From Tubiluchus corallicola (taxonomy: Eukaryota; Animalia; Priapulida): DNA of 64,000 nt. Of this stretch, positions 41,530-54,029 are shown one piece after another. The notes under the pieces were generated by a model, which searched no databases, was not told the origin of the DNA, and saw nothing but the letters and a program-made list of their open reading frames with translations. A program made the position numbers and the translations under genes. The first letter of the stretch is position 1, and the number at the start of each line of letters is the position of its first letter. The stretch is from positions 1-64,000 of the forward strand of contig JAQGDQ010001015.1 in the NCBI GenBank assembly GCA_030141605.1, given 5' to 3'.

Positions 41530-41924
41530 AGGTTTCGTATGTAAAATTTTCCAGACCAATCACCGTGCTTAAATTCAATTGTGAATTTCTTCAACGTAAT
41601 GTCTTCAAGCCAGTAGTGAAAAAGCTGATGAAAGATGCTATGGCAACAGTAATTATTATGTACTGAGAAAACACAGTGCGTTAAATGCGACCCAGATGGA
41701 GCAATGCATTCCTCAGTTAAAGCACAAGTCAACCAAGGTGTGATGACCCTGATCTTGCATTTCCTATAGGGGAATCAAAGAGGGGCATGCGGCGTTAGTT
41801 TTACATCTCATAACAGAAGGGGGCTAGTATGATAGTCACTAAATGTATTGAATCAGATCGGCCTAAGGCGGATGTTAAAAATACGGGAGACTGTGGCCTA
41901 TTTGCACTCCATACGCTAATGGAT
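41530..41924 (-). pseudogene. Decayed terminal exon of a DUF1647-like putative glycosyltransferase
   Basis: Acceptor ttctttctcttcag ends at 41925. Reads PLAYGVQIGHSLPYF*HP...RVITPWLTCALTEECIAPSGSHLTHCVF...CCHSIFHQLF...FKHGD, matching the W..CAL...C.AP.G....C.F...CHR.DQS signature with the R.DQS part missing. Stops and frameshifts present. Confidence 0.6.
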
Positions 41925-43199
41925 CTGAAGAGAAAGAAAGCAGACATTAAAATAATTAATCAAACAATTTAATCATCAACAAATCCAAATTCAGTTTGAC
42001 AAAAGTTCAGTAATAACAAAGATATAGCAATATTGACAAAGCTTATGGTTAGTAGGGTAAATACGTTTGCATGAAGTTCATGTCTGCCCACTACGTACTG
42101 GCTTCATTTCTAGATATATAACATATTCACTTATCAAACCATTAATCATATAACATCCTTTAATTACCGAACTACTAATCATACAATTTTAACATTTTTC
42201 CGATTCTCTTTACTCACCTTTTGTTTCCTCATTTACTCCTCCAATCTCAGCCAGAGACTGCAGACCTACTTGCTTGAAAGGCATTAAAGTAAACTGTCAA
42301 ATACACAACTGTTGTGAACCTTTAGGTAATTCCAAATAGATGGAAACAGAAAAGAAATGTCTGTGAATCTTTGCAGAACAGATTTTGTAAAAAGACTCTG
42401 CTTGTGCTATTTTTTAATTAATGTGCTTCATTAAAAGAAATTGTTTTCTTCGTACCAGAATAAAACAAGAACTGAACTTTAGTTTAAACTTACTTTTGAA
42501 CAATCAAAATGTTCACTGTTTATGTCAAAAGAAATGGGAAACTAGAAGTCACACGCCACGCAATCACATGAAGTCTAACGAATTGATATTTTTTGAAGTT
42601 TAGTGATTATGACATTATCTGTTTTGATTTTGATGTTTCTCAGTATATTGACCTGCACATCTGAACTTATTAATTTTCCCAAGTCCTATCATTATGCAAA
42701 GTTTGGTTATTATAGCTTCTTCCACTGTGTGAACAGGTAATCACAGAGAGTTTCGACTAAACGACATACTCGCACTCTGACAACTGACGGCAAATGCAAC
42801 AAGTTTTCTTTGAGGTGTTTAAACTACTCTAACGCTTTTGGAGGGGTCGAATTAGCAGAATTGATGAGAAAGTAGTATAGCAAATGTTGAACAGTTTCAA
42901 TAAAATCATGTTTCTAAGTGAAAATCTTTAGTAATTTCGTTGGTTATCATTCCTATCACAGAGTCAGCTTTAGGATTAAAAGTCGTCAAAAGGTTCTTAT
43001 TCTAAAATTCACCCGAAATGATAGGCAGTATATTAAATTTGTCATATTTGCATTCCCTAAAATCACCTGGTAAAACATTCTGTAGGCTTATAATACACAG
43101 CATCTCACATGATTCGTACGTCATGGAGGTTTGAAAGTGTTTGTGGAAGTGCAGTTCGCCGTGGTCATAAAACAAAAGGATTACAAAACATTAATTGTT

Positions 43200-43403
43200 T
43201 ACCCGAAAGTTTCGTATGTAACATCTTCCAGACCAATCACCGTGCTTAAATTAAATTGTGAGCTTCTTCAACGTCATGTCTTTAAGCCTTACAGAAGGGA
43301 GCTAGTATCATAGACACTAAATGTACGGATGCTGATATGGCCTAAGGCGGATGTTAAAAATACAGGGGATTATGGTCTATTTGCACTCTATACACTAATG
43401 GAT
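43200..43403 (-). pseudogene. Second, internally deleted copy of the DUF1647-like exon
   Basis: Same acceptor and start as 41924 and the same KHGDWSG end. The CAL..CIAP core is deleted. Confidence 0.5.
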
Positions 43404-43820
43404 CTGAAGAAAAAGAAAGATCAAATGGCAGACATTAAAATAATTAATCAAACAATTTAATCATCAACAAATTCCAAAGTGATTCAGTTTAACAAAAGTT
43501 CAGTAATAACAAATATAGCAATATTGACAAAGCTTTGGGTTAGTAGGGTATAAACGTTTGCATAAAGTTTACGTCTGCCCACTATGTATCTAGGATTTTT
43601 GGAACACCTTTCCTTTAAAGCGAACAGTTTGTAGAACGGTAGCAATACGTCGTAATATAACCTCTGCATTTGAATACAGTTCTGATTCCAAACTTCGTCA
43701 GAGAAACTACCAATTAGTCTTTACCCAGCAAGTAGCATCGAAGAACATTAGGCTAGTACACGTGATGTTTACGTTATCAGTGCGACGTTAGTTACGATCG
43801 CAACAAAAGCGAAAAGTACC

Positions 43821-44331
43821 TGTTACCACCCTGGATGTGGTTCTGTAGTAGGTCGATCTATCTGTCATTCAGTGGCAAACTCCACTACTGCAGATTGCAA
43901 GACAGTATCTCTGGGAAAACTCTGGTTGACGACTACAGGTTACACCAACTAGGCTATCACAGTATCACCATGTACATTACACACCATATCTTGTGTGAAA
44001 CTTTCTAGTACAGCATTTCTCCTCAAAAACTTATAACGTCACAGAGACGAGTAAACGACCTTTCTCGTTCTGTGTCAAGTTGCTGTCTATCTCTAAACAG
44101 TGTTGAACGCAGTTCATCGAGAAGCCACTCGCTTAAACAGCTATAATTTTATTCACCTGTGCACTATCGTTAACCTTGACTTAGCCACTGAATTACAGCT
44201 GCGATAGGGCAGACAAGAGTGGGTCAGACGGAATCCAAAAGGGGGTTTGTTAGTAGGTGCCTACATCCTAACAAAATATCAATAATTAACAATACAATTA
44301 ACTATCGCTGCCAGTAGCTAAATATCGTACA
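43821..44331. mobile_element. Probable solo LTR (511 bp)
   Basis: TGT...ACA ends (tgttaccaccc / atcgtaca), 4-bp flanks TACC/TATC (one mismatch), AATAAA on the minus strand near 44150. Orientation uncertain. Confidence 0.5.
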
Positions 44332-44808
44332 TATCAATTAATAAAACATGAAGTGTGAATGGGGCTTAATGTTGCATAAGCATAATGTGAGAACTATTAA
44401 ATGTATACATCACTAAATCACGAATCCATTTTCTATTATGAACCAGAATGGTTCCGTCGTGTGCACCAATGAGTTCGTTTGCTTCAAAAAAGTCCACAAA
44501 AAACAATGGCTGACTTTGACAGCGATTTTCTCAAGATTATGTTTCTCAGTGCGCAGCCTGTACCTCAACTTCAATGTAGATAGATTCAGCTTAGAAATAA
44601 CATAGAGCGATGAACTTGGCATCAAAATGATTCTCACGAAATGGAGATTCATGATATGTGAATAACTAGAAATGTTTAATTGTCGACATATGGTCGATTT
44701 TGCTATGAAAGCACATAATTATTTGTGTTAGTACAATATCTGAAGAAGATTAAGCAAACAGTACATATAAAATACCATTAGGATGAGGGTAATGGTTCGT
44801 GTACAACC

Positions 44809-45978
44809 TTATTGTCTCTGTACCTCGATGCAATTTCCTTTCTTCACCCACCAGTCTTGTATGTTGTACGTTTTTGCTGGTTCACTCGGATTATTCAGTT
44901 TTTTACACAAATAGCAGAAGCTTCGATTTGCGTCTCTTGCTATAGAATAATTCTGCTTCCAGGCAAAATATTGTGAATAAGCAGCGTCATTCTTATCCAA
45001 ATACAAGAGGTATTCGGCAAGTTTTTTAGCTGAGTCAAAATCTGCTGTATTGATTACTGAATGTGGTGGGGTTAACTTTGTGTAATCAGCACCACCTCTC
45101 ACTACGGGAATCACATTGCTGAACATTAACCTGTTATAAACTTTCTCTGTAATATAGTCACGACAGTAAGAATTTTCAAATGACAAATAAAATTTATAGT
45201 CGCGTTTTAACATCTTATCACAATAACGGCCTTTTTTCGGACATGTTAGGTTGCCACATTCGCCATATACATCAACAGAGATGTATTTCTGTAACTCTTT
45301 GGCATATTCCATTCGCCCAGTATAATCGGCGTCGCAGTTGCTTACAAACCAAGCCACTAGTTTTGTCTTTCCTCTAGCGTAATTTTTAACAATCTTAACG
45401 CGAGGTGAAGCACGTAAGACAACTTTTCCATGGACGCGAGGAATATCAGAATCAAGACGATAAGTCATCGTCCAGTTAAAAATGTCATTTAAGTGCGACA
45501 AATCTGGGATTTTTCCCTTTGTGTTGGGAAACATTTTGAATGGCGTTTCGCACAAAAAGAAAACCCATCTTTGTCCAGGTGGTCGGTAAACAGGGAAAGG
45601 AGTAAGATTGCTGTCTTCTGTATTTCTCATGTGCACAATAACCGCATCACTTTCATTCAAGCGAGACTTGTCATTTGTTGTTTCACAATTTCTATCCCGC
45701 ACGTCACACATTTCAAAAGGCTTACTTCCTTTTCCAAAATCAAAAAAATCATCCCTGTGGAACTTATTCCAAAACAAAACTAATTTCCGGGTAGCTGAAA
45801 CTGTTAAGTCACTAGTGAAGGAACTTCTGTATTTATAATAGCTTTCAACTTTTTCTAATGTGCGGTTAAAACGTCTCACGTGAAGTAAGGGTGGATTTAT
45901 GGTCCATGAATTATACAAGACAGCCATTGTTAAAGTAAAAATAGCACTTGTGACTATAGGAATTTTTTTCGTACTCAT
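44809..45978 (-). CDS. Alpha-(1,3)-fucosyltransferase, GT10 family (FucTA/FucTC-like), single coding exon, 389 aa
   Basis: N-terminal type II TM segment; SDAVIVH; QRWVFFLCETP; FNWTMTYRLDSDI; VAWFVSNC; VDVYGECG; alpha-1,3 motif YKFYLSFENSYCRDYITEK; LAEYLLYLDKND..YSQYFAWK. Intact ORF. Confidence 0.96.
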   Translation of the reverse strand: MSTKKIPIVTSAIFTLTMAVLYNSWTINPPLLHVRRFNRTLEKVESYYKYRSSFTSDLTVSATRKLVLFWNKFHRDDFFDFGKGSKPFEMCDVRDRNCETTNDKSRLNESDAVIVHMRNTEDSNLTPFPVYRPPGQRWVFFLCETPFKMFPNTKGKIPDLSHLNDIFNWTMTYRLDSDIPRVHGKVVLRASPRVKIVKNYARGKTKLVAWFVSNCDADYTGRMEYAKELQKYISVDVYGECGNLTCPKKGRYCDKMLKRDYKFYLSFENSYCRDYITEKVYNRLMFSNVIPVVRGGADYTKLTPPHSVINTADFDSAKKLAEYLLYLDKNDAAYSQYFAWKQNYSIARDANRSFCYLCKKLNNPSEPAKTYNIQDWWVKKGNCIEVQRQ

Positions 45979-46727
45979 AGTTTTATTGTTCTAATAACAG
46001 GTGTTGTGAAACGACATAAAAGATCCTTCAATGTGTTTAGTAAAAACGTACATGCCTATAAATTAGGTCTTTTAGTCTAGCAGCATCTAGCAACTCCAAT
46101 AGTATATAAATTGGCCCATTTTGCCTATGAATCTATGTGCGCGATTTGTGCACGAATACTTCTGTACTCTATCCAAATTCATTACGCGTATGCAGTAACA
46201 CTTCTAGCTGATTTTGCATGAAACTTATTAAGCACCGTGCACCATGCAGAACACGACCTATTCTGCCCTGACAGAGCAGAGCTACTAAATTGCAAATTTG
46301 GCTATTTTACTTTAGTTTATGGCGCACATTTCTATCAAGGTCGCAAAGGCATATATGCTTGAATTTAGTCTAAATCAAGATGTCACAAAATAGTTTATCT
46401 GAAATATGCCCTTGACGCGGTAAGGCCAAAAAACGCAAGTTAGAACTAAGCAGTTTAGTCATTGGTTTATGGATGCGTCAACTGTAATGATGAAGAACTG
46501 AACTTGAGTATTCTGATTCAAGAGAAGATTTGTAAAAAGTAAATTTGTAACGATTCTTTCTGGTATTTTTACAATAAATTTCAGAACATGGGAAATAGAA
46601 TTAATCTCACTGGTGACTAGGAAGTCTCAGTAAGAACATATAGGCTTTATTATGCCAAATACGACATTTTCCCATGGGAGAAAATGTGGGAAAAAAGAGT
46701 TTGTCTTGTATAGTGTCTGTAACATGA

Positions 46728-46771
<44 letters not shown>

Positions 46772-47101
46772 TTCTTTATTTGTCATAAAAACGGTTCCCT
46801 CATTATAATAAAATTGAGTTAGCCTCAGCGTAATGTTAAAATAACAACACTGTTCAAGACAAATGCGTCCGGTGCATACTAAAAAAAACTAAAGTGCAAA
46901 CTACATACAATATAATGAACATCTTTACAAATACCATATTAAAATATTTTCACAAACAATTATAGGAAAGTACATTAAATTTTACATTACATAGTGCACA
47001 CTATTTATACATTTAACATTACGAAACACGAAACTAACATAACACGTTTTACATTACATATTTTTTTTTAAAAAAATTTCATTTTTAATCATTATATGGA
47101 G

Positions 47102-50100
47102 TCAGGGGCGAGGGTATATGAAAGTTGAGTCTGTGTAATTAGTATCAGATGCACAATGTGGAAGTTGAAACCTGTTATATTGATATTCTTTTAATTTCTT
47201 TTTAAAGTGGTGGAGAGATTCTATTTGTTTTATTTCACTGGGTAGTAAGTTCCATAAATGTATGGCCTGTTTTGATATAGAGCTATTTCCAAATTTATTG
47301 TTTACTGTAATTTGCTTTAAATTGTATGTTCTAGTGTTCAATGTGGTATCAGGAATAAATGCTAAGGGATTGTTTATAAATGGAATGCTCAGTTTATTTA
47401 TATATTTATAAAGAAATATCAGTGTTTTGTAATCTCGATAGGCTTCTAATATTGGTATTTTTGTGGACGTTCTTAAGCTTGTTGCAGAAGCAGCATGTTG
47501 TTTAGCAGTTTTGTTAGAGTAGCCATGAATTAATCTAAGTGCGTAGTTTTGCATTGTATTTAGTTTTCTAAAGTTTTCATATTTAACGTTTTGAAGTAAA
47601 GTGCAACCATATAGATAATGTGGTAATATTAGACTTTTGTAGATGAGAATTTTTGTTTTCTTGGTTAGATGGCCTCTGGTTTGGCGTAAGAATGTCGTGC
47701 TTAATGCCATCTTGTTGTGTATTTGATGAAACTGTTCAACCAAGTGAGTTTATTATGGACATTAATGCCTAAAAATTTTACAGTTTTTGCTTGTTCTATG
47801 GAACAGTCACCTACTTTTAGTGTTGCATTAGAAGTAATGTCATTTGATTTGGGTGATATTACCATAAATTCTGTCTTATCATCATTCATTTTTAAACCAA
47901 AATAGTTAAATGCTGCATTTATATTTGTTATGTCTTTTTCTAGATTATTTTTTGATGTTAGAAAGTCTGCGTGTGCTGTATAGAGTGTTGTATCATCGGC
48001 ATATTGTGTTAAGTCTGAATTATGTAAAACTAAATGAATTTTATTAACGTATAAACAAAAGAGTAATGGACCTAATATCGTACCTTGTGGGATGCCTCTC
48101 TGTGGTGTGTCCCATGTTGAAAAAGTGTGTTTGTTCAGCTTGACTCTTTGTTTTCTATTGTGTAGGTAATTATTAATTAGTTTGAGAGAAGTATAATCGA
48201 ATCCTAGTTGGCGTAAGTTGTCTAGTAGTAAATTGTGATCGAGGCTGTCAAAAGCTTTACTTAGATCTAGAAATGCTGCTGTTATATATTTATTTTTATT
48301 TAAGTTGTAACGCCACTTTTCAGTGGTATCAATTATCGCGTCTATTGTAGAATGTAGTTTTCTAAAACCAAATTGATGATTTGACAGTAACTTATTATTT
48401 TCAATGTAATGGTTTATTTGGTTGTAGATAACTCTTTCAAATACTTTGGCTAGTACGTGCACTACTGAGATTGGTCTGTAGTTTTTAGCATCATCTTTAG
48501 CATCTTTCTTGTGTATTGGAGTTATGTTTGCTTGTTTACACACTGTGGAAATTCTGAGCGCATTAAGACTTGGTTTGTGATATATGTTAGATGAGGAGTA
48601 ATGATGCTGGCACAGTCTTTTAAGATCTTTATTGGCATGTCTGAGGGTCCACTTCCTTTATTTATATTTAAACTGTTTAATATTCTAAAGATGTTCTATT
48701 CAGTGACGCTAGTAAATGAGAAAGTGGATTGTATTACTGATTGGTTTTTGTATATATTGTGTATATTTGCATTATGTTGGCGTGGCAAGTTGTCAAATTT
48801 TCCGAGATTGATAAATGTGGAGTTTAATTTGTTAGCAATGTCAACTGGATCAGATATCATACTGTCATTTTCTCGTAAACTATTTATTTGTAATTGATCG
48901 TTTCTGTATCTGTTAAGTACGTCATTAATTAAACGCCATTTTTGTTTAGGTGTAGTTGCATCATTGCATTTATTAATATAATATTTATTTTTGAGTTTCC
49001 TGTTGTAGCTATTAAATTTATTTCGTGCCTTTTTGTAATTATTGTAATTGATTTTACCTTTTAAATGTAAATATGTTCTATATAATTCATTTTTATTGTG
49101 TCTTAGCCTTGCGAGTTCTGTATCCGCCCAAGGGCAAGCAGATTTTGCATTAAATTGCTGCTGATGTATTTTAACTTTTTATATGGTGCATAGATATCCA
49201 GGCAGTATTCCATATTATTTATTAGTGTGTTTATTTGTATGTCAATGTCAGTCATTGTGTAAATATTACTCCAGTTCAATTTGGTTAAAGTATCTTGAAA
49301 TATATCTTTATTATATGTAGAATAATCTCTGACTGTTTTCCAGACTGTGCCTGTATTGTTTTTGGTTGGTTTTGTTTTGTCTACTATTATTATAAAATCA
49401 TGATCAGAATAATCACACGAGAAGTTTTCTTGTACTTGGAAATTGTCTTTAGCGTTTGAGATAAAGTGGTCTATGGTAGTAGATGATGTTTTAGTGATTC
49501 TTGTGGGTTTATTACTTGCGTTTAGTATTTGCGTGTTATATTGGTCCAAGACTTCTTTACACTTTTTACACTGAGCAGTATTTGTTGCATTAATATCGAT
49601 ATTAAAATCCCCCATTAATAAAACTGGTTGATTTTCAAGTACAGCACGTTCAAGTTCAATTTCAAAATGTTTTAGAAAAGTCTTATATTTTTGATTTGGT
49701 GGCTTATAAATGACACCTACAATGTAGTTTTCGATATTGTACCAAATTGATTCTATTTTGTTAGTTTTAATTCCTTTGGCTTCGTTAAATGACATGTGTT
49801 TTGGGATGTACATTGCAACCCCTCCTCCACGTTTATGTGTGGGACGGTCTCAACGTATGAGTGTATGATGAGGCAGTTGTATGGAGGCACTAGGTATTTG
49901 TTTGTGTAGCCAAGTTTCGGTTATTCCAACGACTAAATTTTCAGAAGAACGAACTGTGTCTTTAAGCAATGCATGTTTTTTTGTCAGACTTTGTATATTG
50001 ATACATAGAAATTTCAAATTCTTTTTATGTTTTTGCATAAAATCTGCCAGCTCTAGATCCATGTGGTTTTGTGTGGGGGTTTGATTTAAGGGACCTGGAT

Positions 50101-50503
50101 TAGTTTCAGTACAACCAATTATAAGCAACATTTTCAATACTGTTAGAAAATAATCATGGTTACAATTATTTTTAGTTAGGTAGGGGAGTACACGTAATAA
50201 AGTAGGAGAGTACTGAAACTTGTAGTATAAATCTCTAGTATCTGAACGTGTGCACTTTCTCACAGATGAATACTGTAAAATAGAAGCAGAATAGCAAAAA
50301 TTTACGCACGAGTTATGTTCGATCCGATTTTGAGATATTATTACGCAGCAAGACGTGCATACACGTTTCAGTGTACCAGAGATTGGCACTGGACACATCT
50401 GTCTTGAGTTTATACATTCTTTACACAATATTCGTTTATTTTGAGTAAAACTTAAAATTTCTCGTTTAAAATTCATGATTAAAATATAGGTATAATATAT
50501 CAC
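47102..50503 (-). pseudogene. LINE ORF2 (APE endonuclease plus reverse transcriptase), with a premature stop at 49850 and several frameshifts
   Basis: APE: NIQSL, ITETWL, RGGGVAMY, VIYKPP, MGDFNI, TIDHF, YSDH. RT: NYRPISV, QFGFR, FLDLSKAFDSLDH, GIPQGTILGPLLF, QYADDT, VKFLGI. Confidence 0.95.
50090..50116 (-). other. 2A-like (StopGo) motif variant GCTETNPGP at the ORF2 N-terminus
   Basis: LKMLLIIGCTETNPGP just before the APE domain, compared with consensus GD(V/I)ExNPGP. Confidence 0.7.
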
Positions 50504-50571
50504 GCTTATTACAGTTATTTACAGTTTAGTTCATTCGTGTCTTTAATAAACTGTTTAATAGTTTTTCAATT

Positions 50572-51036
50572 TTATACAAACTTAGAAATGAATTCTTTCA
50601 CTAATCCGGTAAACAGATTTTCAATTTCTGATTTTAATGCCTCTTTTTGAATAGGCTTAGTATCAGCTGAAGGTTTATCAGAGTCATTTGAATAATTTAC
50701 AGGAGTTGGTAATAATGGTAATCTTTTAACTGCATTTGCGTAACTAGCTGGTTTATAATTATACTGACTTTGTGTAAAGCCACGAGTAACTGTATCTTTG
50801 TTTTGATTAGTCTTAACCCTATACCATCGATTTGGGTCATTAAACAAACATAGTTTAATGCATTCTCGCAGCTTTTGTACACCTAATCTACTCAGGTGTA
50901 ATCCGTCTCTCGCAATTAAATTATCATTTTCAAAATGACATTGCAAATTGCACAAAATGGTATTAGTTTTAGTTGTCAGAGTTTCAAGTTCACTGTTAAA
51001 TAAGCGTAACACTCTATTCACCGAACTTATATTCAT
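50572..51036 (-). pseudogene. LINE ORF1 C-terminal part (SGNH/GDSL esterase-like)
   Basis: FNSEL...LIARDGLHLSRLGVQKL is the DGLH block of LINE ORF1 esterases. SYANAVK motif follows. Confidence 0.75.
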
Positions 51037-51199
51037 GGGTTTAGCAGTTGGATGTTTGTGATATTATTGGATTTTTGGATATTATCACTTAATAATTTTT
51101 CTTTTACAAATGAACGCTGCTTTAGGCTTTTTGACTTTGCTACATCAGTATTCGAGCAGAAACAATCATAACAAAGTTACTTTGGAATCGGACGCTCTT

Positions 51200-53308
51200 A
51201 CGAGATCAATTCTGGGTGGATCCTAATACGAGTCCAATGCTGTTCACACAAGATAGAATGGCAATTGAAAAAAGAACGTGGAATTGTTAGAGGCTGACTT
51301 GAATTTATTTTAATAATAGCGGAAGCTACAAATTACCATGTTGATGAGGTTTTAGTTTAGAAACTGATCATGTAAAAGTTAAATAACTCCTTCACAACCG
51401 CAAAATTTATCTAAACAAGTTTTTCCATAAACAATGACAAATATTTGTGTAGTCTTGACATCTCGCATTGCTTCGATTTTGCTGACATCATGAACAGTCA
51501 TGCATAGTAGCTGTTTAGCATGTGCTAAATTCCATTGATGAATGCGCTGTGCTAACTCATGAATATAAACCATTAATTGACGTGAGCAATCTTTACCAAC
51601 GAATTGTTTATAATCGTAAGGTAAGGGATTCGCTAACATGTTTTCATTACGCACTAAATATATTCCTGCTGCAAAAGGTTGATGGATAGTTTTCAAAAGC
51701 GAATCATCAGGATCATCATTAGGCAAAAGGATAGCTTCAAAATCGAATAGGCAATGTAACTGGGAGACATTGTTTTGCGAATATTGGTAAAGCCTAATTT
51801 GGTGGAGGTAATTTTCCTTGCGTCCATCAACTTGATAGCATTCGCATCTATGATGTTCAAAAGAAACGCCATGCGAATAAAATGGTCGTAAACATCTTTC
51901 GCAATAATTACGCGTTTGACCAGATTTATTTAGCAGACGGTCAAGAATGATGATGGTTAGATAATGACATTGATTATAATTGGCTTGACTCGACTTAAGA
52001 GGATTATAAAGTAAAATATTAATAAATTTCCTACCTTCTACAAATCTGCACGGAGTATTGCATGTACATTTAAAACGCATGTTTTTAGCATCTCTGCTAG
52101 AATACTTAAAAATGTTTAAACAATACTCCGGATTAAATTTCTGAAAAGCTTTGGCGGCGGAAATCAGTTTGGCGGGAAATTCAATATGGTGTTAATTCAA
52201 ATTGTGAGCAAAATGATCATAATTGTGAGCAAAGCGTCTGGTCCAATCCGTTAATAAATGGTGATATAAAGAGCCTAAAATAGCATATTTGAAACAGAGT
52301 GCATCATGTTCAGAGGAGATATTGAGCAGTGCCTTTTTGTTTGCTAACTTGCTGGGTAATTTACAAAAGCCATTATGCCCTTTGACACGAGAGAGACGTT
52401 TATACCTCGCCAGTTGAATTTCGATAAATGAAAAACCACAATCACATAACCAGAGCTATTTCGGGAATAAGATTCGATATTTTCCACAATGGTGTCTCTG
52501 GCAATGCTATACCATTCGTTATCCAAAAATCGAGAAATCTACTATTGAAATATGAATCTCTTTTCTCTCAACTAAATCATCTCCAAGCAGATGGTCAATT
52601 GTGGCACATACAATTATTTATATGTGCATACCAAACCCAGTTTCTAAATGCGCTTGCCCTAACATTTCAATGGCAACAGAAATATCATCCAAAATCCATT
52701 CTATATCTATACCTGAGATTTTACATCTCCATACATGCAATGTGCCATTGTGAGCATCATCCACTAGTCGGAATTCGTGGCCGCTTTCACAATGGATGAA
52801 TGATGTCGGTGTATTGGGTGGACGCATTTGCCGAATTGGATTAGATCCATTTTCTTCCATACTAGTGGATGGCTGCATGACTGTTGTTGTTGTTGTTGTT
52901 GCTGTTGATGTTGTCGTTGATGTTGATGGTGCAGGTGACACTGATGACGACCAAGATGTTAATGATGATGATGATGGTGGTAGTCGTGGTGGTGGTGGTG
53001 GTGGCGGTAGTACCGGTGCTGTAGCCAGAAATGATGTTGTTGTTCCTGATGTTGATGCCGACGGTGGTAGTGTAGAGTGTTCTCTATAAAAAAAGGAAAT
53101 TTATTTTATACAGTGCCCAAAAGAACGTGTCATTGTCAACATTAATGGCAAAAAACACACTGTGTAAAGTATTCTTTATTACATACCTGGCATAGTCGTC
53201 GATTTTCTTAAAAGATAGGGTCCACACGGCCACTGTAGAAGGTTGAGTGGATGCTACTGTTGTTGTTGTTGTTGCTGTTGTTGTCGTTGTCGTTGTTGTT
53301 GTTGCCAT
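51200..53308 (-). pseudogene. N-terminal half of a protein-primed family B DNA polymerase (pPolB), frameshifted, with an intron at 53084-53186
   Basis: In order: SRNSSGYV (compare EGSGW), NKKALLNI..DALCFKYAILGSL, INILLY..HYLTI..LDRLL..YCERCLRPF..HH..C, exonuclease-I-like FDFEAILLP..HQPFAAG, YKQFVGKDC. Truncated at the LINE junction. Confidence 0.82.
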
Positions 53309-54029
53309 TTTGTTAATCTAAGAGAAAGAATGGACTCGTTTAGCAATTGGAAAAATTGAGTATTAACCAAGCAGTGCACAGTCTTTATTCTTCTTCTTTT
53401 TTCCAATCTATGATACATTTATACTGTAGAGAATAAGTCGCATTATTAACCGAGCAGTGTACAGTCTTTATTAACAAAGTCTAAATTTCTTTTCCAATCT
53501 GTGATACATTTATACTGTAGAGAATAATTTGCATCGTATCAGTGTACAGACTTTATAAAGGAAAAAATAAATCCTTTAATAAATAACAATCGCTGTACAG
53601 ATTTTGATTACACAGACTTTATAAAGAATAAAAAATTTCTACTAACCACCTTTCAATTCTCTGGCAAGCTCTATAAAATCCTAGATACCGTTTTTTTTTG
53701 ATTTCTTTGAAAAACTAAGAAAGAGATAATACACGCATTAGGCAAACAAGAGTACAGGCTTCCATTTTTTTAAAAATTATACTCACCCGCTATTGTAATT
53801 TCACACTGTACAGCTTCTAATGGCTTCACGGGTACACTTATAAGACATTCATTAAAACAGAAACTTACAGCTATTTATATGTGTGCTTTCTCACAAATGC
53901 TTAACCGATCCTTCCTAGCCGTTTCTTCTTCTATCTCGGATCCTATATATGCGATCTCGGATGTAATCTCGATAATTGGAGGAGAATTCTTTCTCACAAT
54001 TGACTATCCGAGATCGCCTATCTCTCCTC

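Larger units (their letters stand above)
41010..43590. repeat. Local tandem duplication (unit A 41010-42100, unit B 42215-43590)
   Basis: 41175-41610 matches 42835-43290 and 41812-42095 matches 43290-43590. Unit B lacks 41610-41812 and carries an insert at about 42350-42830. Confidence 0.9.
46730..51100 (-). mobile_element. 5'-truncated CR1/L2-type LINE with ORF1 C-terminus, disrupted ORF2, 3' UTR and (TA)n tail
   Basis: ORF1, APE and RT are in order on the minus strand. AATAAA near 46778 is followed by (TA)n at 46730-46768. Confidence 0.93.

Noticed and set aside
45180-45838. Plus-strand ORFs overlapping the fucosyltransferase
   Set aside because: Antisense shadows of a real coding region, with no motifs.
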